Positions 38,386-50,649 of a DNA stretch of 64,000 bases are shown in pieces. Source of the stretch: Hypanus sabinus (taxonomy: Eukaryota). A program made the position numbers and the translations under genes. The stretch is from the NCBI RefSeq assembly GCF_030144855.1, contig NC_082708.1, positions 46,314,001-46,378,000 on the forward strand, read 5' to 3'. A model generated the notes under the pieces. The model searched no databases. It was given only the letters and a program-made list of their open reading frames with translations, and was not told where the DNA came from. Position 1 is the first letter of the stretch, and each line of letters starts with the position of its first letter.

Positions 38386-40038
38386 GTAAGTATCACAAGT
38401 CTTTTTTGATGTTGGTGTATTTTTGAAAGAAAAATATAGATCAAATTATTGGGGAGAATTCCTCAACTGTTCTGATTGACTGCATCCATTAGAATATTAG
38501 GTATCTGCTGTTTTGTTGTGTTCTGTGTAGTTCTGCCAAGCATTGTGGGCATGCTCTGTTGGCACTGGAATGCGTGGCAACGTTTGGGGCAACCCCCAAC
38601 ATATCCTTCGGTGTGTTGATTGTTAACGCAGACTATATGTTTTGTTATACATGTTATAAATCTGAATCTGAATGACCACAAACTTTACTAAAATAATGAT
38701 TTCCCAGGCTTTGCCATTTCTGAGATAGAGCCGCAGCTATTCATTGATTGAAGATCTGGGAATGGGAACTCTCTCGGCCAGGAATTCTTTTGCTGAATAT
38801 TCATCTGCAGCTCTGTGTAGTTTCGGAGGAAGTTTCAGAGCAGGCCTCTTTGGCAAGATGTGGTACTGCAGTAATTCTGCCAACTCTCAATATCCCACAT
38901 CTCTTTGCCCTTCTATTTTAATGGGTACACTAGTGGAATTCATTTATAACTGAACGATTGCATTGCTTAAAAATTTCGACCTCAATATAATTTCAGCACA
39001 CAAAATAAATGCTTTATTTTGAATTTGTAATATATTATCAACTTCTTATCACATGTATTTCAGCTGTCCTGAAGGAATAAATAGCTTCATCCTGCAGAAC
39101 TACCTTTCTTTTGGAATGTGCATTTTTCCCCCAGAAGCTTATTGAATTTTTTTTCTAGAAAAGAAAGCTAATATATTTTAACTGTACTCATGCAGGAGTT
39201 TGGTGGGGTTAGATATAAAGATGCTTTCATGTGTGAAATTGGGGTACAACCCGCTTCATTGACCTTGTACATTCATTCTCTCAATTAAGAAGAAATCCAA
39301 AAAACTACAAATGCTGGAAATGTACTCTTAATTTTGCATTCACTCCCTCAATCACTAAAGTTCTACCGTTTCAACATGTACTGTGCAACCTACAAAACAC
39401 ACTGTCTTCACTTCTCTACATTACTCTTAGACCCTGCAGTTATCCATAAGGTCAACAGCTGCAGGTGCCTGAGAGCGTTGCCAACCTGGAGGTTCAGATT
39501 ATATAGCACGCTGACTTTAAACTTATTGTCAAATTCTCACCATCACAGGATTTATATTTTGGAACCTCCTGCCCAGTGTCAGTAAGCAACCCTGTCACCT
39601 TATCAACACTCAGTTTTTGTACCATACATTGTAAGAACTTGCACCTTTTATATATTTCATAATATCCCAGTATTTATTCTATATTTGTATGAATTTTGTT
39701 TCAATATTCTTTACTTATCTTTTCTTTAATAGGAGTGCCTTGCTTATTCTCTGGTTCTCTAATCTCACTGGCAGTTCTTTCTAATAATCTTTTTACATAC
39801 CTGCAAAATTCCTTCAGTAAACAGTTTCCATAACTGCATACAATACGATATGCAGATACAGCCTTGCGAACTGGTATATAATAACATGGAAATTATTTTT
39901 ATATGTGCTGCACAATACTGTTTGTCCAGTGTGAGGTCAGTGGTTTTCATTCTTGGTCCTATGTGTCTCTGTTGCACAGCATTGATGATGACATCAATGC
40001 GTTTTGCTTTATCATGACCTAAAGAGACTCCGTCCAAG

Positions 40039-41350
40039 TGTAACGTTCAGCTTTGGAAATCAACTTCAAATAGATCCACTTCAAGTCAAATACTTACTTG
40101 TGAGACAGACACAATTACCTCTTCATCTGCTCTGAGGTTATAACCCCATTTTTCAAACCTAAATGTAATACCTGCATAGCACCAGTCTTATCATGTGTGA
40201 CAAGTTGCCACACCCTTTGAGAAAATCAAATTACTCCAGGTGCTAGAAGGTCATTAGAAGATTCTAACTAAAGGAAGGAGACTGTGAATAGAAACCACAT
40301 ACTTCTGTAAATAAGGTTTGTTTATAAGGAAAAAAAAACAATATGTACAAAATATTTACATGAGCAAGAACAATTCAAAATTCCACCATTCTCTTTAGGT
40401 TCCAAATCTTAGAAACCAAACCAAAACAAATTCCTTTTTAATTAGAATCAGTGAGATTCCTTTATTACTCTGATCTCTCTAACTAATTAGATCTGGTGTT
40501 ATTCCCTATCTAAAAGTTTACAGACTAAACATTCCTTTTTATTTATCCCTAGTTAGTTAGAAAACCAAATATAATTCATACTCTTAAGTATTATAGTTAA
40601 CTTCAGTTTCAGTTCCAGGCAGTACAACTAAAAATTTAAATTCAAATTCAAAAATTATATATACAGTTTAACTCCTTTCACAATTCTCCAACATCACAAC
40701 TTTTAGACAAAGTAAATCTCATTCAGTAACTTATCAAAGTCTTTGCAAAAATAATCAGTTTTTGGCAGAAAACCAAATTCAGATTCTTCGAATGAAAATA
40801 ATTTATACATCCAGCCATATTAAATTCTCTGTGTCAATACACATTTTGTCCCTGCGCTGATTCTTCATCTTGGGTAGCTCAGCATCTTCTTTCTTGGTTC
40901 ATTGGATTGAAATGGCTTATCATCCACAGCAAGTCAATTCACAAACTTGTACAAAAACTTGACTAAATCCCTTGGTATGATCTTACAGAACTAATTCCCA
41001 ACTACACGGTAGGGATCTTGGACTATCATCTCTGCCAGTATTGCCTCGTTAATGCTGCTGTGTGTGATCACCGTAGCTTCAATAATCTTCTATCGCTATT
41101 GTCTCTCCTCCAGGGGTTTCACTCTGAGGCTTTCAAGTTAGTAGGGTAGAGATACTCACTGTTAATTTCACTCTTAACATTTCAAGTCTTCAGCTTCTAA
41201 CTTTTGCTGTGTTTCTCTCCTTGTCTGTCCTGTCAGCCACGCCCCGTCTCACATAGTGCTTTTTTTTTCAAATTGGTAAACCCTCGTTTTCATCCCTCTG
41301 CAGATGGAGCTTTCTAACATTACATCTTTGTTTAATTAACCTGCGTTACA
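40039..41350. mobile_element. Candidate solo LTR (1312 bp)
   Basis: Perfect inverted termini TGTAACG...CGTTACA, flanks CAAG/CCAG (1 mismatch), compositionally distinct, no ORF. Confidence 0.5.
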
Positions 41351-42252
41351 CCAGCAACCTCAATAACACCACTCTCCCCCTACACACATTCTTTCTTTCC
41401 CCTCACATTCCTCCTCCACAAGCCTCAGCAGGTGAAAGGCAGTATAATCTACAGTGGCAGGTGACTAAGGAAAAAGCGTTTACTCTCTCATAATGCCCTT
41501 ACCCGTCAAAGGATTGTTCCATGCCCCAATAAATTTCTAGATCAACATGATTAACCAGTTAACTGTTTAAGGGCTCCGTACAGCTTTGAACAAAATCTGA
41601 TCAGTGTTACATGACATCTCTATACACGGACCAAGTGAGAAAGAGAATAAAATGATCTATGAAAAATGATGAGGAATTCTTGAGGCAGAACAAAATGTAT
41701 GAAAAGCAAAAAACTGACCTGCTAAGTATTTCCAGCATTTTGTTTTTATTTCGGAATGAAAGTCATCTTTGTGTACAAAAATGAAAAACTTTTCTGAATG
41801 AATTTTGAAATATTTAGATATTCAAAAACTGTAGCAATGAAGATCTGACAATATATTTCCAAATTAGCATAATAAAGAATTAAATAATATTCTTCCTTAA
41901 TCATATTTTCTTTCCTGATCTTGAGGTTATGAAACAAATCTATTTTTAATATTTTAGATTATTGATTTAACTTCTAGGGACATCCAAGATGATATAGGGC
42001 CTATATATTTTAATTTTTTATACAGAGAAATTAATTAGGCAAAGGTAAATTATAAGAAAATGAATGAATATAATTATTGCTATCCTAACGAGTTTTGCTT
42101 ACATAGAATTTGCTGCCCAGAAACATTGTGTACAGTCCTACCATCCTATGTCAATTTGGGCATATTTGATCAAAAATATTTCAATCTCAGGAGACTTTTT
42201 AGGTTTTACTTGTATTTGAGAATCAACTTAAACAATGGTTTCTCTCTTTCAG

Positions 42253-42359
42253 GATATACACAACTCTGTGACTGGTGGAGTGTAGGAGTTATACTCTTTG
42301 AGATGTTAGTGGGACAGCCTCCTTTTCTTGCTCCAACACCTGCAGAAACTCAAATTAAG
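42253..42359 (+). CDS. LATS2: LATS2 coding exon (107 nt): kinase subdomain IX
   Basis: Acceptor ctctctttcag|GA TAT and donor AAG|gtaatt. Encodes YTQLCDWWSVGVILFEMLVGQPPFLAPTPAETQIK. Confidence 0.97.
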
Positions 42360-42707
42360 GTAATTATAAGTTTGTAAAGTTCTAAAGCAAATGACAATTG
42401 ATACGGGGTTAATTGTTAATGTTAAGAGGGTGAGAGATTTTTGTTAACCAAAAGGTTTTAAAGAAATATGGAAAGCCAGGCACACAGAGCTAGGACAGAG
42501 AACAATTATGATTTATGGAACAAGTTCAGGGACTAAGTGGCATACTTCTGTTCCTAAGTCCATCACCTGAATTTTTGTTTCTGATTGCTCTCAATAAATG
42601 TATTTGCAAAACAAAGCTTAGAATTGGTATTTTGTCTTAAAAGTAAACAATTAATTAATATTTGAAGCCAAGCTAATCCTGTGCCTTTTTTAAACTTTCT
42701 TTTACAG

Positions 42708-43205
42708 GTAATAAATTGGGAGAGTACACTGTACATTCCACCACAAGTAAAACTTAGTCCTGAAGCAAGAGATCTCATCACAAAGCTTTGTTGTGGAGCC
42801 AGTGACAGACTTGGTGGAAACGGAGCAGATGAAATTAAGGCTCATCCTTTCTTTACCTCCATTGATTTTTCTAAAGACATCCGCAGACAGCCAGCACCCT
42901 ATGTTCCAAAGATTAGCCATCCCATGGACACCTCAAACTTTGATCCAATAGAAGAGGAGAATTTGTGGAATGACAGCAGTGACAGCACCAAAACCTCTGA
43001 CACATTAACTAGTCCAATTGGTGGTAACAAGCATCCTGAACATGCATTTTATGAGTTCACTTTCCGACGGTTCTTTGATGACCATGGTTATCCTTTCCGG
43101 TATCCAAAACCCTTAGAAAATAATGAACCCAAAGAAAGTCAGCCGGATTTGGGCCAGAGTGAATCTGTCAACCATGGTGAAAGCTATCAGCCGGTATATG
43201 TTTAG
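42708..43205 (+). CDS. LATS2: LATS2 terminal coding exon: end of kinase domain, AGC C-tail, stop codon
   Basis: Acceptor ttcttttacag|GTA ATA AAT TGG. Encodes DTSNFD and the hydrophobic motif HPEHAFYEFTFRRFF. Ends QPVYV*, the LATS2-type terminus (LATS1 ends differently). Adjacency to XPO4 also favours LATS2. Confidence 0.97.
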   Translation, partial: VINWESTLYIPPQVKLSPEARDLITKLCCGASDRLGGNGADEIKAHPFFTSIDFSKDIRRQPAPYVPKISHPMDTSNFDPIEEENLWNDSSDSTKTSDTLTSPIGGNKHPEHAFYEFTFRRFFDDHGYPFRYPKPLENNEPKESQPDLGQSESVNHGESYQPVYV

Positions 43206-43309
43206 AAACAAAATGTAACATTTTCTATTAATTGTGATTTTTTTTGTTGTTGTTGTTGTCCCAGAATTCAAACAGGAATTTTACCTGACATCTGTGGCTT
43301 AAAACAGAT

Positions 43310-43527
43310 AGCACTTACTTTGTCAGTGGCATATTATGCCCCTTAGGGATGATTGGCTCCTGCTGCTAAATATTTAAAAATATTATATTTAGTATTAACA
43401 CTAATTTTATAGAAGAAAATAGAACTAGATAATAGGGAATAAACTCTAGATAGATTTAGAATATATAAACAGGATTTCCAAAATATACGGAAGGCTGAAA
43501 AGTTTTGAAAAATGGTTATGTGCAATA
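43310..43527 (+). promoter_or_regulatory. Cluster of canonical 8mer miRNA target sites
   Basis: AGCACTTA 43310-43317 (miR-430/302/372 seed), TGCTGCTA 43361-43368 (miR-15/16) and GTGCAATA 43520-43527 (miR-25/92). Confidence 0.65.
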
Positions 43528-43545
43528 ATATGTAAATCAATGTTT

Positions 43546-43551
43546 TATATA

Positions 43552-43609
<58 letters not shown>

Positions 43610-43631
43610 CACATACATACACATACATACA
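43546..43631. repeat. Compound microsatellite (TA)n(TG)n(TA)~21(TACA)n
   Basis: Read directly from the sequence. Confidence 0.97.
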
Positions 43632-43704
43632 TTCATTAATATTGCAATACCATAATAAACATTTTGTTAATTTTATAATCTATATTGAAAGCTCTAGAGC
43701 AAAT

Positions 43705-43872
43705 TGGATAACACCAAAAAGAAACTTGCTGGAGAAACTTAGCGAACCAAGCAGCATCTATGCAGAGACAGTAATTGTGGAATGATAAAAGGATCTCAAT
43801 CCAAAACCTTGACAATTCCTTTCCTTTCACTGATGCTTCTTAGCCTACTTCCAGAAGTTTGTGTTTTTTTTG
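43705..43872. mobile_element. Degenerate fold-back Penelope-like repeat in the putative LATS2 3' UTR
   Basis: ctggagaaacttagc...gcagcatctatg followed by its degenerate inverse gatgcttcttagcctacttccagaagtttg. Confidence 0.55.
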
Positions 43873-45729
43873 CTGCAGCTTTTTATAGCAGTGTTTGGAT
43901 AACACCAATGCTGCTTTCAATCTTTTATGATATATTCAAAGTATTTTTCAATATAAAAAGTGATAGTGAGTTGATAATTGCATAATGCTTTGAAATGCCT
44001 TGGAGTGCAACTCAAACATGAATATTAATTTCAACTTTTGGGTTAAACTAATTTTAGGAAATATGTGTAAAACACAGGCAGGTCCTGTGTGAATCAATTC
44101 ATTTACAGTAATTAAAAAACAGCTCCTTGTATCTCAGTCTCTTTAAAACAGTTTATAATCAAGCCTTTTACATGTTCTCCATTTCTTATGTTTTTTTTCT
44201 ATGTGACATCAGACCTTAAAAGATTAATATTACAGAGTGCCACTTAAGCTTTTTTTTTACAAAAAATGATATGGACACAGAATGTTTCTGTTTCAATTAA
44301 TGTGAAATGACTATGGTCCAGAAATAAATATATTGTCTGAATGTAAAATTATTGACAAAGTACTATTTCTGTTGATTACTGTTTCATAAAGTTGCAAGCA
44401 GCAGAGATGTATAAATGATATAACTATTTATAAAGAGTAAGCTTTTCCATATATGTATGATTGTGTTCCCCAAAGCAATAACTATTTTAGTTGCACCTAT
44501 TTCACTATTATATTGATAAACATCAAAATTAGCAACTTTTCTTGCATTGTAAGACCCTTCTATCAAAACCAATTTGAACATAATCAAGTTTTAATGGAAT
44601 CTGTACAAGCTTTAGTAATGTAGTATAAATTAGACTTTAGTATGGGACTGGAATTTTGGTCCAGTCTTACACTTTCAATATTCGTCTCACCTGAAGTTGT
44701 TGATGTGTCTCAATACATGAAAATAAAATGCCAGAGTATGGCTGTACACTGGTTGGGTTCCGTTAGCTGGCTGGAACATAAATTTACATACAGTTCACCA
44801 CAGTAATGCCAACAATTTAATAAATACTTTTTGGCCAATCAGTCAACTATCTGTACATAAAACTTTTAATGGAGGTTGAAAACATAACAGTATAATGCTA
44901 TCAAACATCATCAAAATCTTTTCTATTAAGTTCTGCAGATAATAATTCACTAAGTTCACATATTGTCATTTTGTGTGGGACAAGTACAGAAAACTTTGTT
45001 TTTCTCAGCAGCTACCAGAATGATTATGAAAATATATATTTTGTTATTGTGTCTTACTGTGTAGGCCTCTACATACTAGGACAAATGTCAAAGTGGAAAT
45101 GACGCAAAACTTAAAACCCGACCTAACCACAGCCAATTCTGAACTGGCCAAGTATTTATAGATCTTTTTTCCTCTCATCTGACCCAATCTGACTTGTGAT
45201 CATCTCAAAGAAAAAAAAACATATTATCCTGACCTGGTTAAAGTACTGAACGGGAGTGGATCTGAAATAGAATATTTTAGCAATACACACATCCAAATCT
45301 GACAGAGCCAGGTCCTATTAGGTTCAGATTTGGTGACCAGACTCTACCCCAATAGTCTTATTACAGATGGATTTTTTTTAAGATCCTGGATTAAATGTCC
45401 TCTCATTTCTAAAGGTAAAAATCAAAGATAGCAACTACTCACAAGCCAATGTGAATAGCCTTGATTGAAGACAAAATAGCTAATGCAGCAGATAATGTAA
45501 TGATAATGGAATAACATCTGGTAAGCATTTTGTGTTAATATTGCTCAGCAATTCATAAATGATTGCACAGAATTTAGTTGCATTTTTGTGTCTAAACTTC
45601 TAAAATATCATCTACATTTGGAAGTCATCTTGGCTATTCAGTCTGCTTGATTATATTCCATTTGGATATCCTTGACATTTTATCTCCTAAAGAATATTTT
45701 TCTTCCCCAGATTTTTGTATTCTTTTCTA

Positions 45730-46106
45730 GTAGGTAGCCATCGATCCTGGGGATCATGGGTTTGCGCCTCTTGTGGACTGTGTCCTGCCTGGGTGGGAAG
45801 ATTTGAAGAACCAGCTGTTGCCCATGCAGCAGGTTCCCCCTCTCCATGTCACTGATGTAGTCCAAGGGAGGGGCAAACGCCGGTACAGCTTGACACCAGT
45901 GCTGTCGCAGAGGTTGCCAGAGTGAAGTTGTAAACAACATCAAATTGCCTTAGGGATCCGGGCTCCGGATTTCTTCCTTGGGGTTTACTCCCGAAGACTT
46001 TCCCATGGGTGGGTATGGCCACAAGGCAGCAAAGGTTTAAAATCAAGAATTTTCCTTCTCCTAGGTGGGCTGCTGTCCAAGGCTGACGAGTCCCACCTGC
46101 CTGAAC
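45730..46106 (-). mobile_element. Short non-autonomous RTE-derived retroelement with target-site duplication
   Basis: TCTTTTCTA at 45721-45729 and 46107-46115. The minus strand begins with an RTE-like 5' leader (..CTAGGAGAAGGAAAATTCTTGATTTTAAACC) and ends with an RTE-like tail (ATGATCCCCAGGATCGATGGCTACCTAC). Confidence 0.65.
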
Positions 46107-47549
46107 TCTTTTCTACTACCTTTAGATAATATCAACAAATGTTTATGTATTATTCTGCAAGTGGTGTTGATGTTACATCTTATTACCCAAAGGGTGACTT
46201 TTTGTGGGAGCCTGAAAAACAAGTTTTACTTTTAGGAGGCTGATGTCACAGCTCATTTTTCTGGTATCCTAATGCATGAACAGGAGTAGATATATTTCTG
46301 ACTGCCTGAGCAAACAAACACATGCAGTTGTGGTACTGCCTTGCTGCCATAGCTGAGATTATCTCTATCAGCATATACCAAGATTTAAACATACATCTTT
46401 TTAGGCTTGTGTAACACAATTAACAGTGCAATTTGTTTTCCTGTTTTGTGTTAAAGAGGGTAATACTGGTGATATTAGAAATTTGAAGGTAGAATTGAGT
46501 ATTTTGTAAAGGGGAACTAAGGAAATGGCTGCAAATAAGAGTTCAAGATGTACAATAGGATTAACTTTGGTATGTATGTTGGATATATGGAGAAAAGGAA
46601 CAAGAGATACAGACAAAGAGATTCATTATTCAGAAAACATCCTGTGTCAACTTAGAATGCAGTGAGGTTCAATGCTGATAGCTAATTCTGATTATATTTG
46701 TCCCTAATATGCCAAGTATTTATTGTCTAAAGTATATCCAATTATGATTTGGACAACTGGTTATAATTTAGCTTATTTGACTATATAATGTATCAAGTTC
46801 TATTTTTTTGGAAAAAAAAACTTGGAGTGTCTATGCAATATGGAGATAAAATCAGTAAATGTCATTGTAATTCTCATAGAACACAACCTTCTCTAAAATA
46901 AAAAGTATATGGTATTTATTAGACCATATTAAAATATTACCTCTTTTGTAAGTACTTGTTGACAGTTGTGTATAAAAGGAGATCTATTGTCCTTTTACAG
47001 TCTCTTGCTTATCCAGTGTTATTGATCTTATAATGTTAGTTGTAACATCCATATCCTGAGTTTTCCCTCAGGATTTCAAATATAACTATTTGTATAAAAT
47101 GGGTGCATTTTGGATCGTCATTTTGGCAAAATTTCAAAAGTGTTTTTTAAAAGTGGGGGGGGGGGGAAGAATACTGTTTTCTGTGCCCTTGTCACAAGAG
47201 GCAATTTGTAATTTGGAGGGGAAATTATTTCACAGTACTTGTAGTCATTGCATTCAATCATTCATACATACATATGTGTCCAAAACAGAATTTCAAAAGC
47301 AATCCAAGCTAATCTCACTTTAAATGTCATTGTAAGTAATACTGTATTTAAGTGTTAATGCAAAAACATTTTAAATGCTGTTTTTTCCCACTATCACCTG
47401 ATGTGTACAAGATCCCCATTGCTCTTTAGGTTAAAAAAAAAACTCCTTAGTTTCTCTCTAACCCTATAAATTACTTGGAATCATTACCTTTGGCTTTTGA
47501 CCTTTCAACAATGGAGGCACATTTTGGTACATTATGTTAAATTTCCTTT

Positions 47550-48032
47550 TGAACATAGAAATTTACAGCACATTATTGGCCCTTCGGCCCACAATGTTGT
47601 GCCAATCATGTAACCTACTCTAGAGACTGCCTAGAATTTCCTTGTCACCTCATTCTTTATTTTTCTAAGCTCCATGTATCTGTCTAAGAGGCTCTTAAAA
47701 GACCCTATTGTATCCTCTTCCACCACTGCCGCTGGCAGTGCATTCCACACACTCACCACTCTGTGTGGAAAAACTTACCCCGATATCCCTTTGGTACTTA
47801 CTTCCAAGCACCTTAAAACTATGCCCCTCGTGTTAGCCATTTCAGCCCTGGGGAAAAGCCTCTGGCTATCCACACAATTAATGCCCCTCATCATCTTATA
47901 CACTTATATATGATCACCTTTCATCCTCCGTCGCTCCAAGGAGAAAAGGCCAAGTACACTCAACCTTTTCTCATAAAGTATGCCCTCCAATCCAGGAAAC
48001 ATCTTTGTAAAACTCCTCTGCACTCTCCACAT
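47550..48032 (-). mobile_element. CR1 LINE 3' end
   Basis: RVQRSFTKMFPGLEGILYEKRLSVLGLFSLERRRMKGD plus the 3' UTR tail. Confidence 0.88.
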
Positions 48033-48946
48033 CCTTCCTCCATTCCCACCACTCCTAAATGCATATCTTGAAGAATGAATTCTATTCACCATTTTCTCCC
48101 CTTTTTTCCTTATGATAAAACAATTTTATATCACCTTTAACTATTCAATCATGGCTCCCACATATTTATTTAACCTGCACACTTCACATCCTGAAATGAT
48201 ATGCCTAGATAACAGCACTGATGACTATTAGATTAATTAACACTCTAAATGCCTGTTTTATTACATTCAATGTTAACAATTTTATATTTTGTTAAAGCTC
48301 ATTGAATGCAAAACATGACACCAGAGCTAAAATAACCCAAGTATGGTATCTCGTAGGCAATCTCAGTAAAGGTGCCATCAAGAACATTACATTTGACTTC
48401 AGCACGCCAAAGAGAAAATTAATTAGGAATACTCATTGCTATCCAGTGACACCTGCTGGAAACTTGAAATGTTTGTAAATGCCAATCCTCCAGATACAAA
48501 GTGCTGAGACTCGGGAGTAATTTTCTGATGAAGAATCATGCCAACCAGGCATGTATTGGCTAGAAAACCTGTGAACTAATCGTACTATAAAGTCCTTGTA
48601 GTTATTATTTCAAATACTATAAAAACAGTACCTGTCTAGTTTTTCTGTCCAGCTAAATGGCTAGAGATAATATGAATTTCTATGATGTTTGAGTTTTGGG
48701 TAATTATTTAAATCCAAGTGCAATAAGAGAGGAAAAAAATTGCCCTTTGTTTTCTAACAAAAAATAAATTTAATGTTGACCAAAGATTAGAATATTATAA
48801 ATAAAATAACAATCTTTAAATATAACAAAGCTAGACACTGGATTTTTGTTGCTACCATTTGGACTGCAGGACATGAATGAACCTGTCCAAACAGGGAAAG
48901 GTCAACTATTGCGTCTTCTGGAGTTGGCTATCATCTTAATAATGTA

Positions 48947-49144
48947 TAAACACGAGGAAATCTGCAGATGCTGAAAATTCAAACAGCAACACACACAAAA
49001 TGCTGGTGGAACACAGCAGGCCAGGCAGCATCTATAGGGAGATCACTTTGTCAGGAAGGGTCTCGGCCTGAAACGTCGACAGTGCTTCTCCCTATAGATA
49101 CTGCCTGGCCTGCTGTGTTCCACCAGCATTTTGTGTGTGTTGCT
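48947..49144. mobile_element. Palindromic Penelope-like insertion with 14-bp TSD
   Basis: ATCTTAATAATGTA at 48933-48946 and 49145-49158. About 57-bp near-perfect inverted arms. Confidence 0.85.
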
Positions 49145-50344
49145 ATCTTAATAATGTAATTTGTTTTCTTTGCTGTTGAGTCTAAAAATATTCTAATGCT
49201 AATAATCCATTATTTATTAAATTCAAACACCAGTGTGAGGATTTCCATACTGAATATTTAACACAATTTCAAAAATATGATGCAGGAGTTTGAGATCCAT
49301 TTGCCAATCTACTCATTTACTGACACTAATCAGTGCAGAGTAAAGAGATGACATTTTTGCTGTCAAGATTTGAACTATTACTGAAAAATTTTTAAAAATT
49401 ATAAATGTTTCAAAGTATGCCAAATCATACATGAATTCTTGAGTACTTATTCATCAGTATTTATCTAAATGTCAAATAGATTTCCTTGTGAATCCACTTT
49501 AAAGTTCTATCAACTGCCCTGTGGAATAGTTCTGATTTGTTGTAAGATTAGATGGTGATAAATATTTGGAATGGAGATTAGAGATTCTTTGCATGTTATA
49601 TTAGAAAATTTTAGAGTATAATTTTATCCATAAATTGATCATTGACTAATTGTCAACTTCAGTGCACAATGCAGTTTAGGAAAATATTTCATGGCCTTCT
49701 GAGTATCTGACTAGCTTTCAAATGGAGTCCACTTGTGATATACATAAACTTAAAATGATGTCCCATTGGCAGCCAGGGGTGTCTGATGCTTGAAACAGTC
49801 ACCCTCCTGAATTGAGACCCAATTCCTGTTACTTTCCAAGTTTGTAGAGAAAAAATTTTAATCTTCTTGCATAACTTGCTTTCAAATGTGTTTTTGCATG
49901 CTGCAACAAAGAAAGTTTGTTTTTTTTGCCATGTGGAGGGAAGGTATACTATTTAAATATGCTTTCCTCAGTGCCTCACATGAACTAGGCATCAACATAG
50001 TAGTGCTTTGTTAATCTGCATTTTTACATGCATACATTTTCTAATTCTAATTGTTTGTGTTGAGCTGGTATTGGGATAGAAAATACAATGAGGGATGTAG
50101 ACTCTGGAGCCTGACAGATTTTTACCTAATTTAATTGTCTACTTTTCCCCACCCCTTATGTACTGAACCTATTGATGTTATTCAAATGGTAATTTAGACC
50201 CAATTGTCCTGGTGAGAACACAACACATTTGTTTTATTCTCCTGATATACATCTTTTCTCCTCATGGTTCACTGGGAATGAAGATGAAATACAAGAAATA
50301 ACTCCATGCATTAACTATGCAGAGAAGCAGCATTAGAATGGTGA

Positions 50345-50645
50345 GTTCCTACAAAAGGGTCTTTGATCTGAAACATTGTGTTTATCTTTCCACTGCCTAA
50401 CTTGTTGAGAGTTCCAACATTTCCTGCTTTTTATTTCAGTTTTCCAGCATCTGCAATACATCTTCATTGCTTGGCTCTGTTGCACCTTGGTAACACTGCA
50501 GAAAGCATTTAACTGAGACATGAAATTGCAGATGCTATAATCTGCAGCAACAAATAAACTGTTAGAAGAACTTAATGAGTCAGAGAAAATCTGTGGCAGC
50601 AAAGAGACAGTCAACATTTTGGGTCAAGACCCTGCTTCAGGACCG
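50345..50645. mobile_element. Two oppositely oriented degenerate Penelope-like terminal repeats
   Basis: aagggtctttgatctgaaacattg...ccagcatctgca and ttgcagatgct...gggtcaagaccctgcttcaggac. Confidence 0.6.
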
Positions 50646-50649
50646 TGAG

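Larger units (their letters stand above)
43206..44850 (+). other. Putative LATS2 3' UTR (3' end uncertain)
   Basis: AU-rich sequence after the stop. AATAAA hexamers at 43438, 43654, 44323, 44722 and 44819; which one is used cannot be read from sequence. Confidence 0.6.

Noticed and set aside
42701-42713. Recursive/dual splice site (cag|GTAATA)
   Set aside because: The GT comes from the conserved Val-Ile codons at the start of the terminal exon, and there is no downstream LATS2 exon to join.
23741-43205. LATS1 rather than LATS2
   Set aside because: The C-terminal QPVYV, a single PPxY, the RRDSLQ/RTNSF motifs and XPO4 adjacency all fit LATS2.
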